From Bacteroidales bacterium (GTDB lineage Bacteria; Bacteroidota; Bacteroidia; Bacteroidales; VadinHA17), in the NCBI GenBank assembly GCA_038248855.1, contig JBBRXA010000009.1, positions 5,327 through 69,326 on the forward strand: 64,000 nucleotides of DNA. The letters are read 5' to 3'. The notes beneath the pieces are model-generated. The model was not told the origin of the DNA. It made no database searches and saw only the letters and a list, made by a program, of their open reading frames with translations. Position numbers and translations under genes: made by a program. Below, in pieces: positions 1 through 9,505 of the stretch (its first letter is position 1; each line of letters begins with the position of its first letter).

Positions 1-384
1 TTTGTAAAGGTGGGAAGTCAGGCATACAAGGACCTGAAGATCATGCGGACTTATTACCTTATGGGGAACTATGACTTCGAGATAGATGGCAATTCGGTAC
101 TCGAACCTTCACTTCTCTTAAAGATGTCAGGTCAACTGATGCCGCAGGCAGACATAGGACTGACCTATGTTTATGACGAAAAATTCTGGCTGGGCGGCAC
201 TTACCGGACCGGAGGAGCCATGATTGCAAATGTCGGAGTTAAAAAGGACCAGTTCTTCTTCGGCTATTCCTTTGATTTCACCCTGCAGAAAATACAAAGA
301 TCGACTTACGGATCACATGAATTTGTGATAGCCCTGAAATTTGGCGATACTCTGCGGAGGTTCCGGTGGCTTGACAGGTACTAG
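1..384 (+). CDS. Type IX secretion system membrane protein, PorP/SprF family, C-terminal part (5' end off-window)
   Basis: Frame 1 is open from base 1; the listed ORF begins at an internal GTG at 10. The C-terminal motifs GGTYRTGGAM, FFGYSFDF and GSHEFVIALKF resemble PorP/SprF family ends. Confidence 0.7.
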   Translation, partial: FVKVGSQAYKDLKIMRTYYLMGNYDFEIDGNSVLEPSLLLKMSGQLMPQADIGLTYVYDEKFWLGGTYRTGGAMIANVGVKKDQFFFGYSFDFTLQKIQRSTYGSHEFVIALKFGDTLRRFRWLDRY

Positions 385-1274
385 TCCCTGCGTTTTTCGA
401 TAACATAAATCAGGGAACTCGAAGAATTTTTAATAAATAAGTTGCTGACTGAAAGGAGTATGCCTGTTGCGATGCCCCTTATGAATGCAAATCTGACTTT
501 GCTGTACTTATAACTGATTATCGAAATGTAGAAAAGGTCAAGAGGCATTCCTTTGATCAGTGTGCACCGGAACCCGTTACTCTCAATGAATTTAACAAGT
601 GTATCCGGTGCGAAGTGCCATAGATGCCTGGGCACATCCAGGGCTGCCCATGATTCCCGAAACCGTTTTGAGTCAGCAGAAGCGATGTTGGGAAGGGCAA
701 GGATGCATCTGCCGTCATCTTTCAGCAGCCTGTAAATTTCCTTCATCCACCGGTCAGGGTCGTAAAAATGCTCCAGAACATGCCAGAGTGTGATACAGTC
801 AAAGGATTCGTCAGGCAGGTTTCTGACCATATCAGGCGGAACTACATCAAGACTAAAATGTGATACTGAAAAACCAAGGGCTATATCACTGATTTCAACA
901 CCTTTAACTGCCCATCCCTTCTCCTTCATGAAGGAAGCAAAATAACCGGTACCGCTGCCAATGTCCAACAGTTTCCCGTTAGCCTTCCGGCAAATACGGG
1001 CTACCAGCCTGGCCTTTCTCCCCAGCATAAACCGGCGCGCAAAATGATAAAGCCACTCAGTTAAATTTCTTTTTCTGTCGGTATGCGAAATGTAATCCTC
1101 AGACAGGTAGTAGGTCCCGATATTCTTTTCATCCGGAGGATCTGAGGTAAGGACAAACCCGCAGTCGCTGCATCCCATGATCATGAATTTGTCTCCGCTG
1201 ACAAGAGAGTCAGTGGCGGAGAAATGCTCAAAGAGGGCATCGCTTCCGCATACCAGGCATTTTGTTTCAGCCAT
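381..1274 (-). CDS. Class I SAM-dependent methyltransferase with N-terminal zinc-ribbon
   Basis: SAM-binding motif LDIGSGTGYF. N-terminal CLVCGS...CSDCGF cysteine pairs. Start placed at MAETK (1274), giving an 8-nt overlap with the upstream gene; the maximal ORF runs to 1316. Confidence 0.8.
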   Translation of the reverse strand: MAETKCLVCGSDALFEHFSATDSLVSGDKFMIMGCSDCGFVLTSDPPDEKNIGTYYLSEDYISHTDRKRNLTEWLYHFARRFMLGRKARLVARICRKANGKLLDIGSGTGYFASFMKEKGWAVKGVEISDIALGFSVSHFSLDVVPPDMVRNLPDESFDCITLWHVLEHFYDPDRWMKEIYRLLKDDGRCILALPNIASADSKRFRESWAALDVPRHLWHFAPDTLVKFIESNGFRCTLIKGMPLDLFYISIISYKYSKVRFAFIRGIATGILLSVSNLFIKNSSSSLIYVIEKRRD

Positions 1275-3732
1275 TGCGGCGTGAAGATATAGCTGTGGAG
1301 AAACCTGCCCAGGCAAGAAATAGTATAAGGATCAGGGAACTTGCCAGTGATACCCTGTTGCCGGTTTTATAAGACTGAGGTTCAAATTTAAATGTTACTG
1401 TATGCTTTCCTGCCGGCACAACCATTCCGCGTAGCACATAATCAGTGCGGAAGTGTTCTGCCGGTTTGCCGTCAACAAAGGCCTTCCATCCGTGCGGGTA
1501 ATAAATCTCCGAGAAAACTGCTATACGGTCAGCAGCCAGGCTGGACTCATATGTCAGCAGATTAGGTTTGTATGATGATAAATAGATGGCATCAGCCGAA
1601 GCCGCCGCGGATTCGGTAAGTGAAACAATACCGGCAAACCTCCTGTCAGCAACTGCCACCATGGCGGGATCAACAGTTTTAACAGCCTCAAGCTCAGCGT
1701 CAGCATTTTCAACTGTCAGGGCCTTCTCAACCAGCCAGACATTGCCCAATGCATGCACGTTTGTAAGAGGTGCGGCATCCGGTGAAATGATTATGTATTT
1801 GGTATTGAGCATGTTGAGGGCATTTGACTGCGCGAGTACCCTGTCGGCCTCATCTACTGAAGTGGCATTCTGAAGCAGAGAGATGAGTGAGTTGATCTCC
1901 TCTGAAAGCCTCGTTTCAATCAGTTCCTGGTATCTCTTCAGCTTGGCTCCGGAATATCCGCCTACCGAGTTATGATAATATGAGGTGGAGGCATCGTTAA
2001 ATGTCGAGACCGTCAAGTTAAGAACCCTGAATTCACTGTTATCCTGAAGGATGGCCTTGTCAGCTGTTGTCGGAGCCAGGGCATTTTCGGCGATTCGGGT
2101 ACTTTCAAAATTTGATCCGTTGAGATACCTGGCATCGACCGGGATCTGATCAACCAGGAAGAGAAGGCCAAGAATAATTATCAGCGGTATGGCCTTGAGC
2201 CTGCCTTTCAGGTAAAACCACAAAGTTACCGCTCCTGCAGCAATCAGCAGGGCAGCGCGTATTGCATCGGTGCGAAGCATCATTTTCCTGTCGGCAACCA
2301 TTGCATCTTTAAGCCAGCTGTAAGAGTCGGGTATTGTCAACTCGTCAGGTCTGAGAAATGAGCCGGCCAGGCCTGGGAAGAGGAAAAACAGGAAAGAGAG
2401 TCCTCCCGTTATACCGGCAGCAATGCTCAGGGCTTTTAAAGCTTTTCTGAGAGGCACACTTCCTTCGGTAATCTCTTTAAGGGCCAGTACGGCCATCAGC
2501 GGCACGCATACCCCTGCTATTACCAGGGTCATTGATACCGCCCGGAACCTGTCATAACCCGGGAAGAAATCAATGAAAACCGATGTGAGGGGCATGAAAT
2601 TCTTCCCCCAGGAAAGAAACAACGAAAGCAAAACGGCGGTAAGTATCCACCACCTTTCCCTTCCTTCGATAATAATAAGTCCGAAAATAAACAGAAACAG
2701 AATTATTGCACCGAAATAGACAGGTCCGCTGGTTGACGGCTGTTTCCCCCAGTACCTGTACAGTTGTGTGGATGCCTGTGCCATGTTGTTCTTTCTAAGA
2801 GCCCTGACGGTTTCCGAATCCTTGTCAAAGGAGGCAGAAGCGCCACCTTTGAAATCAGGGATCAGAAGGGTCATTGTCTCCCCGATACCGTAGCTCCACT
2901 GAGTGATGTATTCCTTATCAAGACCCATTTCCTCTTTGGTACTCGCCTTGGCAAGATCGCTTTTACCCCTTGTAGATTCCTGCGCATACTCCCATGTGGT
3001 GTAGAGTGTACCGAAGTTGACACCTACGGCAATTACGGCTCCTGCAAAAAGCATTGCAACAGACTTGAGAAACGGGCTGTAACTTTTTGATTTTACGGTG
3101 TCAGTAAGTTCATAGATTCCGAATACGAGGAGAATAATGAACGTGTAATATGTTATCTGGATATGGTTGGCCATTATCTGGAGAGAGAGAAACAGGGCAA
3201 AAAGCGCTGAGCCCCTGAGGGCATTGGTTCTGAATGCATAGACAACACTACCGATCACCGGGGCCATATATGCCATTGCGTAAACCTTGGTATTATGACC
3301 CGCAGAAAGACTCACAAAGAGATAAGACGTAAATCCGTACGCAAGGGCCCCGGCAAGTGCAAGCCAGGGTTTAACCTTAAAGAGCAGTAAAAGGATGTAG
3401 AAACCGACGAAGGCGAGAAAAAGCGCCGCAACAGGGGTTTTAAATACTTTTAACAGGTTATCGATGTGCTTGATCAGGTTGCCCGGAAATTTTGCCGAAA
3501 TGAGAAAGGCAGGCATCCCTCCGAACATTGAGTTGGTCCACAGCGGCTCTTTCCCGGATTCATTACGGTAATCCTGTATCTCCTTTGAAGATCCTACAAA
3601 GACTTTTGTATCGTGAGCATTAAGTTTCTTCCCCTCCAGAACAGGAAAGAAATAGGCAAATGACATTATGGTGAATATCAGAATTATCCCGGCATGGAGG
3701 AGCCAGGGTCTGTCTGTTAAATTAGGCTTCAT
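1267..3732 (-). CDS. YfhO-family polytopic membrane protein (putative GT-C type glycosyltransferase)
   Basis: 821 aa and many TM helices. The N-terminal segment FPVLEGKKLNAHDTKVF...EPLWTNSMFGGMPAF resembles Bacteroidota YfhO proteins. Large C-terminal soluble domain with a final TM. Confidence 0.65.
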   Translation of the reverse strand: MKPNLTDRPWLLHAGIILIFTIMSFAYFFPVLEGKKLNAHDTKVFVGSSKEIQDYRNESGKEPLWTNSMFGGMPAFLISAKFPGNLIKHIDNLLKVFKTPVAALFLAFVGFYILLLLFKVKPWLALAGALAYGFTSYLFVSLSAGHNTKVYAMAYMAPVIGSVVYAFRTNALRGSALFALFLSLQIMANHIQITYYTFIILLVFGIYELTDTVKSKSYSPFLKSVAMLFAGAVIAVGVNFGTLYTTWEYAQESTRGKSDLAKASTKEEMGLDKEYITQWSYGIGETMTLLIPDFKGGASASFDKDSETVRALRKNNMAQASTQLYRYWGKQPSTSGPVYFGAIILFLFIFGLIIIEGRERWWILTAVLLSLFLSWGKNFMPLTSVFIDFFPGYDRFRAVSMTLVIAGVCVPLMAVLALKEITEGSVPLRKALKALSIAAGITGGLSFLFFLFPGLAGSFLRPDELTIPDSYSWLKDAMVADRKMMLRTDAIRAALLIAAGAVTLWFYLKGRLKAIPLIIILGLLFLVDQIPVDARYLNGSNFESTRIAENALAPTTADKAILQDNSEFRVLNLTVSTFNDASTSYYHNSVGGYSGAKLKRYQELIETRLSEEINSLISLLQNATSVDEADRVLAQSNALNMLNTKYIIISPDAAPLTNVHALGNVWLVEKALTVENADAELEAVKTVDPAMVAVADRRFAGIVSLTESAAASADAIYLSSYKPNLLTYESSLAADRIAVFSEIYYPHGWKAFVDGKPAEHFRTDYVLRGMVVPAGKHTVTFKFEPQSYKTGNRVSLASSLILILFLAWAGFSTAISSRRNG

Positions 3733-3789
3733 TTATTCAAATATTTGATTTCAAAAGTAGTTGTAATATTTTATATCCCCATTATCAGG

Positions 3790-5307
3790 TCAGGCGTCAA
3801 GGTCTCCGCTTACCGACCGTATATTGCTTTTCAGGTTTCTGAGCCTTGACCATTTCTTTAAGAATCCTACAAAAGCGTCAATTTCAGACTTTTCATAAAA
3901 ATGAAGCGGAAGGTAAGCCAGTGGATAAGCTGCCAGCAGCAGGAACTTAATGCCTATCCTGGGCAAAAGATTAAGGTCTTTCAACAAAAATCCGCTGAAA
4001 GCGAAGACAGTTCCTATTATGATGATTAACAAAAGCTTACGGGTCTCATAATTCAGCGGGTAATGTTTCTGGGATATCTTGTAGACCATCAGCCAGAAGA
4101 GAAACTGTGCCGTGAATGAAGCAAGGGCTGCGCCGAAAGTGTTGAGCACAGGAATCAGCAATGCATTCAGACCAACCCCGGCAGCACTGGCAATGGCGAC
4201 AATAAGGCCCATGGCGCCCGTTTTTTTGGAAATCACAAGGCCGTACACATTCAGGTCTTTGAGGTTAACAAAGAAAACAGACAGTGTAAGTACAGGGATC
4301 AGAAAGAAGGCTTTATCGTAGAATTTTGAAGATGAGATTAATGAAACAACTTCCTGTGCGAAAAGAGAAAGCCCGACGATTGAAAACATCAGAACGAAAG
4401 ACGAGTATAGCCAGATCTTCGTATAAAACCGTTCATGTCCGGGCAAATCCATTTTCTTTATAATCAATGGGCCAACGGCAAGCTTGATGGAATCACCTAC
4501 CACTAGTTTGAGGGTACTGGCGATTTTAAATGCAAGTGTATAGACAGCCACTGATTCAAGGGCGCTGAGAAAGTTCAGGGAGTACCTGTCGATTACATTC
4601 AGGATGACAGTAAACAGTGCTGCCCATAACAGTGGAGCACCGTATAAAATCATCCCCCTTAAGGCCTTCAGATCGAGATGCACCTGGCTGTTCCGGATAA
4701 TGTACGGCAACAAGACCAGAAGATAAAGTCCGTTGCCTATTATCTGTGCGGTATAGATCCCTGCTATCCCCATTTTTTTGCCGACAACAAGAAACAGGGT
4801 TATTCCAAGGACAACAACCAGTTTGAGTGTGTTTGTGACCGTGTAGGCTGAAGCCCTTGACTGCAGTCTGAGCAGGGAGCTGACAAGGGTGTTAAGGCTC
4901 TGCAGACCGGTACTTACAGTCAGAAGGATGATCTCCTCATAAAACCTTTCGTCACTGAATATCAGAACAGATATCTGTTTTGCCAGGAGGATGAAGATGA
5001 GGCAGAAGAGAAGGCTTATGGCTGTCTGGGCTGCCAGTGATGTAAAGAAGACCGACTTTTGTTTATCAGAATAGTCTTTGTCCCAATACCATCTGAAAAG
5101 GCTCTGGGGCAGCGAAAGTCCCAGGACCACTGCAAGTACCTGCGCAGTTATCTCGAGGATCCCCAGGGCCCCGAATTCGGCGACTGAAAAGTAAGCAGTA
5201 TTGGTATAGAAGGGTATAAGAATGAAACCTACCAGCTTTATGGCAATGTTTCCCATTCCATAGATCAGAGTATCTTTAACTGACGATTTTATACTTCCTG
5301 ATGCCAT
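3790..5307 (-). CDS. Oligosaccharide flippase / polysaccharide biosynthesis protein (Wzx-like, MOP superfamily)
   Basis: 505 aa, about 12-14 TM helices. N-terminus KDTLIYGMGNIAIKLVGFILIPFYT is typical of the family. Confidence 0.8.
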   Translation of the reverse strand: MASGSIKSSVKDTLIYGMGNIAIKLVGFILIPFYTNTAYFSVAEFGALGILEITAQVLAVVLGLSLPQSLFRWYWDKDYSDKQKSVFFTSLAAQTAISLLFCLIFILLAKQISVLIFSDERFYEEIILLTVSTGLQSLNTLVSSLLRLQSRASAYTVTNTLKLVVVLGITLFLVVGKKMGIAGIYTAQIIGNGLYLLVLLPYIIRNSQVHLDLKALRGMILYGAPLLWAALFTVILNVIDRYSLNFLSALESVAVYTLAFKIASTLKLVVGDSIKLAVGPLIIKKMDLPGHERFYTKIWLYSSFVLMFSIVGLSLFAQEVVSLISSSKFYDKAFFLIPVLTLSVFFVNLKDLNVYGLVISKKTGAMGLIVAIASAAGVGLNALLIPVLNTFGAALASFTAQFLFWLMVYKISQKHYPLNYETRKLLLIIIIGTVFAFSGFLLKDLNLLPRIGIKFLLLAAYPLAYLPLHFYEKSEIDAFVGFLKKWSRLRNLKSNIRSVSGDLDA

Positions 5308-5308
5308 T

Positions 5309-6496
5309 TCAGATGCTTATTTTATTATCCGCAACGCTCAGTGAACAGTACATTTTAATAAGGCTGGCGGCGCTGTTTTCCCAGTTGTAACGCTCTCTGA
5401 CAGCTTTCCGGCCGTTTTCGCCCATAAGTCTGAGATTTTCTCTGTCAAGATACAATTCCCTCAACTTCAGCGCAAGATTTTCCGGAGAATCGTAAACATA
5501 GGTAATGCCTGAATCTGTTTCGTCAATCACCCTTTTTATGCTGATACAGTCGCTTGCCAGCACCGGTATTCCGGCGGCCATATATTCGAAAAGCTTGTTG
5601 GGCGATGAGTTGTCAGACTGAACAGACCTGACGTGCGGCAAAACTGCAAGGTCAGACATGCTTATCAGGGTTTCCGCCTCCTGCTTTGCAATCTTGCCTT
5701 CGAATGACACACGGTCATCAATTCCAAGCCTGACAGTCAGCGTTTTCAACTCAGGCAAATATCGGCCGTCACCAGCAACCGTGAAATGCCACTTCAGCCC
5801 TTCTCCCAGCAGTGCCAGTCCTCTGATCACATACTGAAGACCCCTGTGCTGCGTAACTCCGCCTACATATACCAGGTTAAAAATTTCAGATTCCCCCGGG
5901 GTGCTGTTCATCACGGAGGAAACCGGCGGGGTATTTTCAAGTATTATGATCTTAGCTTCCTGAGCCCCGTTCCGCACCAGCCTGTCCTTCATTTCAGCCA
6001 CTACGGTTATAACCCTGTCAGCCTGCCTGACAGATTCATTTTCATACCTTCTCCACTGGGCCGTTGAGGATAAAAGTCTGCCGGCGAGAGATTTTGTGTG
6101 CTGGGAAACATCAAGAAAGTCGGGCCAGTTTTCATGGAGATCCAGAACAAATCCGGCGCTGCACTTCTCCTTTAACCGGTTCCCCACCCTGGCAAGCGGC
6201 AGATCGTGGATATGCACGGCATCGGCCTTCTGATCCTTGAGGATATCATTTACATAGGAAAACCAGAAGTTAAAGTAAAACGGGAACTTAAGGGCACCAA
6301 CACTTGCCTTCCGGATAAAAGCAGGTATTTTCTTCCTGAAAAGCAGGCAGTCCTCTCTTTCGGTTCTATAAGAAGCCTCTCCTGAAGTAACAGCTGCAAC
6401 TGTCAGTCTGTGACCTGCTTCCCGCAATGATTGTACCTCTTTCTGAACCCTGAAGTCCGAGAGGTAGTCATTTTCAAGAAGCATCAGGATGTTCAT
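5309..6496 (-). CDS. Glycosyltransferase family 4
   Basis: 395 aa with GT-B architecture. C-terminal EX7E-like region SSPNKLFEYMAAGIPVLASD. Confidence 0.8.
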   Translation of the reverse strand: MNILMLLENDYLSDFRVQKEVQSLREAGHRLTVAAVTSGEASYRTEREDCLLFRKKIPAFIRKASVGALKFPFYFNFWFSYVNDILKDQKADAVHIHDLPLARVGNRLKEKCSAGFVLDLHENWPDFLDVSQHTKSLAGRLLSSTAQWRRYENESVRQADRVITVVAEMKDRLVRNGAQEAKIIILENTPPVSSVMNSTPGESEIFNLVYVGGVTQHRGLQYVIRGLALLGEGLKWHFTVAGDGRYLPELKTLTVRLGIDDRVSFEGKIAKQEAETLISMSDLAVLPHVRSVQSDNSSPNKLFEYMAAGIPVLASDCISIKRVIDETDSGITYVYDSPENLALKLRELYLDRENLRLMGENGRKAVRERYNWENSAASLIKMYCSLSVADNKISI

Positions 6497-6541
6497 GAAG
6501 GGGAATCAGGTTAAAGTATATTTTGTGGCATCCCGGCTATT

Positions 6542-7822
6542 TCAAACCTTAATGCCGAGTATGTAATTGCTCAGGTTGTTTGTGAGAGCCCTTCTCGAAT
6601 ACTCAGCGTGCAAGTCGGCACGGGCAGATGCGCCTCCGGAGGCGATATTGAGAATAAAACTCCGGATTCCCTCTGTGTTGTCATACCCGAATACCCCCTT
6701 ATAGCCGCATCTTGCAAGCAGATACGCCGCATCTCCGTCAACCGGTCCGATAAACAGCACCGGTTTTCCGCTTGCCATATATTCAAAAAGCTTCCCTGTG
6801 ATAATTGATTTCCCTGACGGATGATCAGGTATTATTATCAACAGGAGTGAAGAACTCATCATATGTTTTATTGCCACCGGGTGGTCGGAATAGGGTATAA
6901 ATTCCGTGGTACATCCCTTTGCTTCCGAACTGATTATTCCGCGAACCGACTCCGGTACGCTTCCTACAAACCTTAGATGAAGGGGCGTTTCTACCGTTAC
7001 GCATCCCCGGGCTGCCTCAAGAAAACTCTTAACCGGATATGCTTCTGACAGTGTACCAATATATGTTATTGTGAATATGGCGGGCAGTGTTGAGGCAATC
7101 CCTTCAAAGTCTTCGTCGTCATAACCGTTGGGGACCACGTGGATTTTTTCCTCTATATCAGGCACCTTGGAAGCGAAGAGAGAGGCAAGTGAATTTCCCA
7201 CCGTAAGAATTGTATCAGCCTTTTCCAGCACCCGCTTTTCCATCGCCCGGTCAATCATCCGTGCCAGGAGGGTGGGGTGGAACAAATCATAATAGTAAAT
7301 ATCCGTCCACGGATCGCGAAGGTCTGCCACCCACCTCAGACGAGGAAATCTGTGCTTAAGTTTCAGCCCGATAAGCTGAGTGGAGTGAGGAGGACTTGTT
7401 GTTATTATGTGTTGGATATTCTCTGTCTTTATCAGCTCGCAGGCCTTCCGGAATGCATACTTGTTCCAACCCTTCCTCGGGTCCGGAATAAAGAAATTAC
7501 CCCTGATAAACCGGCTTATTTTATTCTTTTTCCCAACAGTTGAATCCGATGCGAACCCTGCCGAAGGGATCTTCGACTGGTCTTTGCTGTAAAGCGAGAA
7601 GTAGTTTGTGGCCTTAGTCCTGTGAACTTCAACATCAAGAGGAATATCCCCGTACAGTGATGTGTCCCTGAAGGGGTAGGCGGCATATTCCGGCAAGACT
7701 GAAAGAACCACAGGAAGCCACCCCGAAGAGGGAAGGTACTTTGTAAATTTAAGCCACCGCTGTACGCCGGCCCCGCCGCTTGGCGGCCAGTAGTAAGTGA
7801 TTATGAGCACTTTCCCCGGCAT
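6542..7822 (-). CDS. Glycosyltransferase (GT-B fold, GT4-like)
   Basis: 426 aa. N-terminus VLIITYYWPPSGGAGVQRWLKF and C-terminal KLFEYMASGKPVLFIG motif. Confidence 0.7.
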   Translation of the reverse strand: MPGKVLIITYYWPPSGGAGVQRWLKFTKYLPSSGWLPVVLSVLPEYAAYPFRDTSLYGDIPLDVEVHRTKATNYFSLYSKDQSKIPSAGFASDSTVGKKNKISRFIRGNFFIPDPRKGWNKYAFRKACELIKTENIQHIITTSPPHSTQLIGLKLKHRFPRLRWVADLRDPWTDIYYYDLFHPTLLARMIDRAMEKRVLEKADTILTVGNSLASLFASKVPDIEEKIHVVPNGYDDEDFEGIASTLPAIFTITYIGTLSEAYPVKSFLEAARGCVTVETPLHLRFVGSVPESVRGIISSEAKGCTTEFIPYSDHPVAIKHMMSSSLLLIIIPDHPSGKSIITGKLFEYMASGKPVLFIGPVDGDAAYLLARCGYKGVFGYDNTEGIRSFILNIASGGASARADLHAEYSRRALTNNLSNYILGIKV

Positions 7823-7831
7823 GGTGCGAAA

Positions 7832-9382
7832 TTAGAGTTTTTTCAGCTGTTCCCTGAGGCTGACCTTATCGGCAATTATATCCCTGAGTTTTTCAATTGC
7901 AACACGCTCCTGCTGCATCGAGTCGCGGTACCTGATTGTCACTGTTTTGTCTTCAACTGTCTGGTAGTCTATCGTGATGCAAAACGGTGTTCCTATTGCA
8001 TCCTGCCTCCTGTAGCGCTTTCCTATCGAATCCTTTTCATCATACTGGCAGTTGAAATCGAATTTCAGTTCGTCAACAATTTTTCGCGATAACACTGGCA
8101 GGTCATCCTTTTTTACAAGCGGAAGCACAGCCAGTTTAACCGGAGCAAGAACAGGCGGCAGCCTTAGTACCACGCGACTGTCAGCCACACCGTCTTCTTT
8201 GGTGAGGTCCTCTTCATAATAAGAGGCAGAGATCACCTGCAGGAACATCCTGTCAACACCTATCGAAGTCTCTATGACATAAGGCACGTATGACTCGTTT
8301 TTCTCAGGGTCAAAGTATTGCATCTTTTTTCCGCTGAATTCCTGATGCTGTTTCAGGTCAAAATCGGTACGCGAATGAATGCCTTCGACTTCTTTAAATC
8401 CGAACGGGAATTTGAATTCTATGTCGCTGGCGGCATTTGCGTAATGGGCCAGTTTGTCATGGTCATGGAACCGGTAGTTTTTTTCGCCGAAGCCCAGTGC
8501 CTGGTGCCATTTCATCCTGGCCTCCTTCCAATGTTCGAACCAGGCGAGTTCAGTACCCGGCTGGACGAAGAACTGCATCTCCATCTGCTCGAATTCGCGC
8601 ATGCGGAAGATGAACTGTCTGGCCACAATCTCATTTCTGAATGCCTTGCCTATCTGGGCTATTCCGAAGGGAAGGCGCATGCGCCCCGTCTTCTGCACAT
8701 TCAGGAAATTCACAAAGATTCCCTGGGCGGTTTCGGGCCTCAGGAAGATCTTCATCGCACTGTCGGATGTCGATCCGATTTCGGTTGCAAACATCAGATT
8801 GAACTGCCTGACATCGGTCCAGTTGCGGGTACCGGATACCGGGCACACTATCTCGTTGTCTATAATTATCTGCTTCAGTTCGGCGAGATCGTTATTTGTA
8901 ATTGCATTTACAAAACGCTCGTGAAGCTGATCGCTTTTCTGCTTTGTTTCAAGGATGCGCGGGTTTGTCGAACGGTAGAGAGGTTCGTCAAATTTTTCGC
9001 CGAAACGGTTTTTTGCCTTTTCGACTTCCTTTTCAATTTTCTCCTCAAATTTTGCGAGGTGTTCCTCAATCAGAACATCGGCACGGTAGCGCTTCTTGCT
9101 GTCCTTATTGTCAATAAGCGGGTCATTGAATGCATCCACGTGTCCGGAGGCTTTCCAGATGGTGGGATGCATGAAAATTGCAGAATCAAGCCCTACAATA
9201 TTGTCATGCAGAAGGACCATGCTGTCCCACCAGTATTTCTTGATGTTGTTTTTCAGCTCAACACCGTACTGACCGTAGTCATACACAGCTCCCAGGCCGT
9301 CATAGATTTCACTTGAAGGGAAAACATAACCGTATTCTTTACAGTGCGAAACAAGTTTCTTGAAAATATCTTCCTGGGCCAT
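7832..9382 (-). CDS. glyQS: Glycine--tRNA ligase (homodimeric class II type)
   Basis: 516 aa. N-terminus KEYGYVFPSSEIYDGLGAVYDYGQYG and the FRNEIVARQFIFRMREFEQME motif-2 region. Full length. Confidence 0.95.
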   Translation of the reverse strand: MAQEDIFKKLVSHCKEYGYVFPSSEIYDGLGAVYDYGQYGVELKNNIKKYWWDSMVLLHDNIVGLDSAIFMHPTIWKASGHVDAFNDPLIDNKDSKKRYRADVLIEEHLAKFEEKIEKEVEKAKNRFGEKFDEPLYRSTNPRILETKQKSDQLHERFVNAITNNDLAELKQIIIDNEIVCPVSGTRNWTDVRQFNLMFATEIGSTSDSAMKIFLRPETAQGIFVNFLNVQKTGRMRLPFGIAQIGKAFRNEIVARQFIFRMREFEQMEMQFFVQPGTELAWFEHWKEARMKWHQALGFGEKNYRFHDHDKLAHYANAASDIEFKFPFGFKEVEGIHSRTDFDLKQHQEFSGKKMQYFDPEKNESYVPYVIETSIGVDRMFLQVISASYYEEDLTKEDGVADSRVVLRLPPVLAPVKLAVLPLVKKDDLPVLSRKIVDELKFDFNCQYDEKDSIGKRYRRQDAIGTPFCITIDYQTVEDKTVTIRYRDSMQQERVAIEKLRDIIADKVSLREQLKKL

Positions 9383-9471
9383 TTTTCTCTCTCCGTTCAG
9401 CTTAATAACCGGGCAAAAGTAAGCTAAAATCCTCTGTTTTACAATCGGTATAAATGTCTGCTATCAATTTG

Positions 9472-9479
9472 TATATTTG
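9472..9479 (+). promoter_or_regulatory. Candidate Bacteroidota -7 promoter element for nadB
   Basis: tatatttg matches TAnnTTTG and ends 27 nt upstream of the nadB ATG. No convincing -33 TTTG seen. Confidence 0.25.
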
Positions 9480-9505
9480 TTCTCTGTTGCTGAAAGTAAG
9501 CGCTG

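Noticed and set aside
8318-9316. 332-aa ORF antisense to glyQS, the longest unassigned ORF in the track
   Set aside because: It lies entirely within a strongly supported essential gene on the other strand. Its translation is low-complexity with no motif. Stop-poor frames opposite highly expressed genes are a common codon-usage artefact. A Rodin-Ohno style sense/antisense aaRS idea is appealing but nothing in the sequence supports it.
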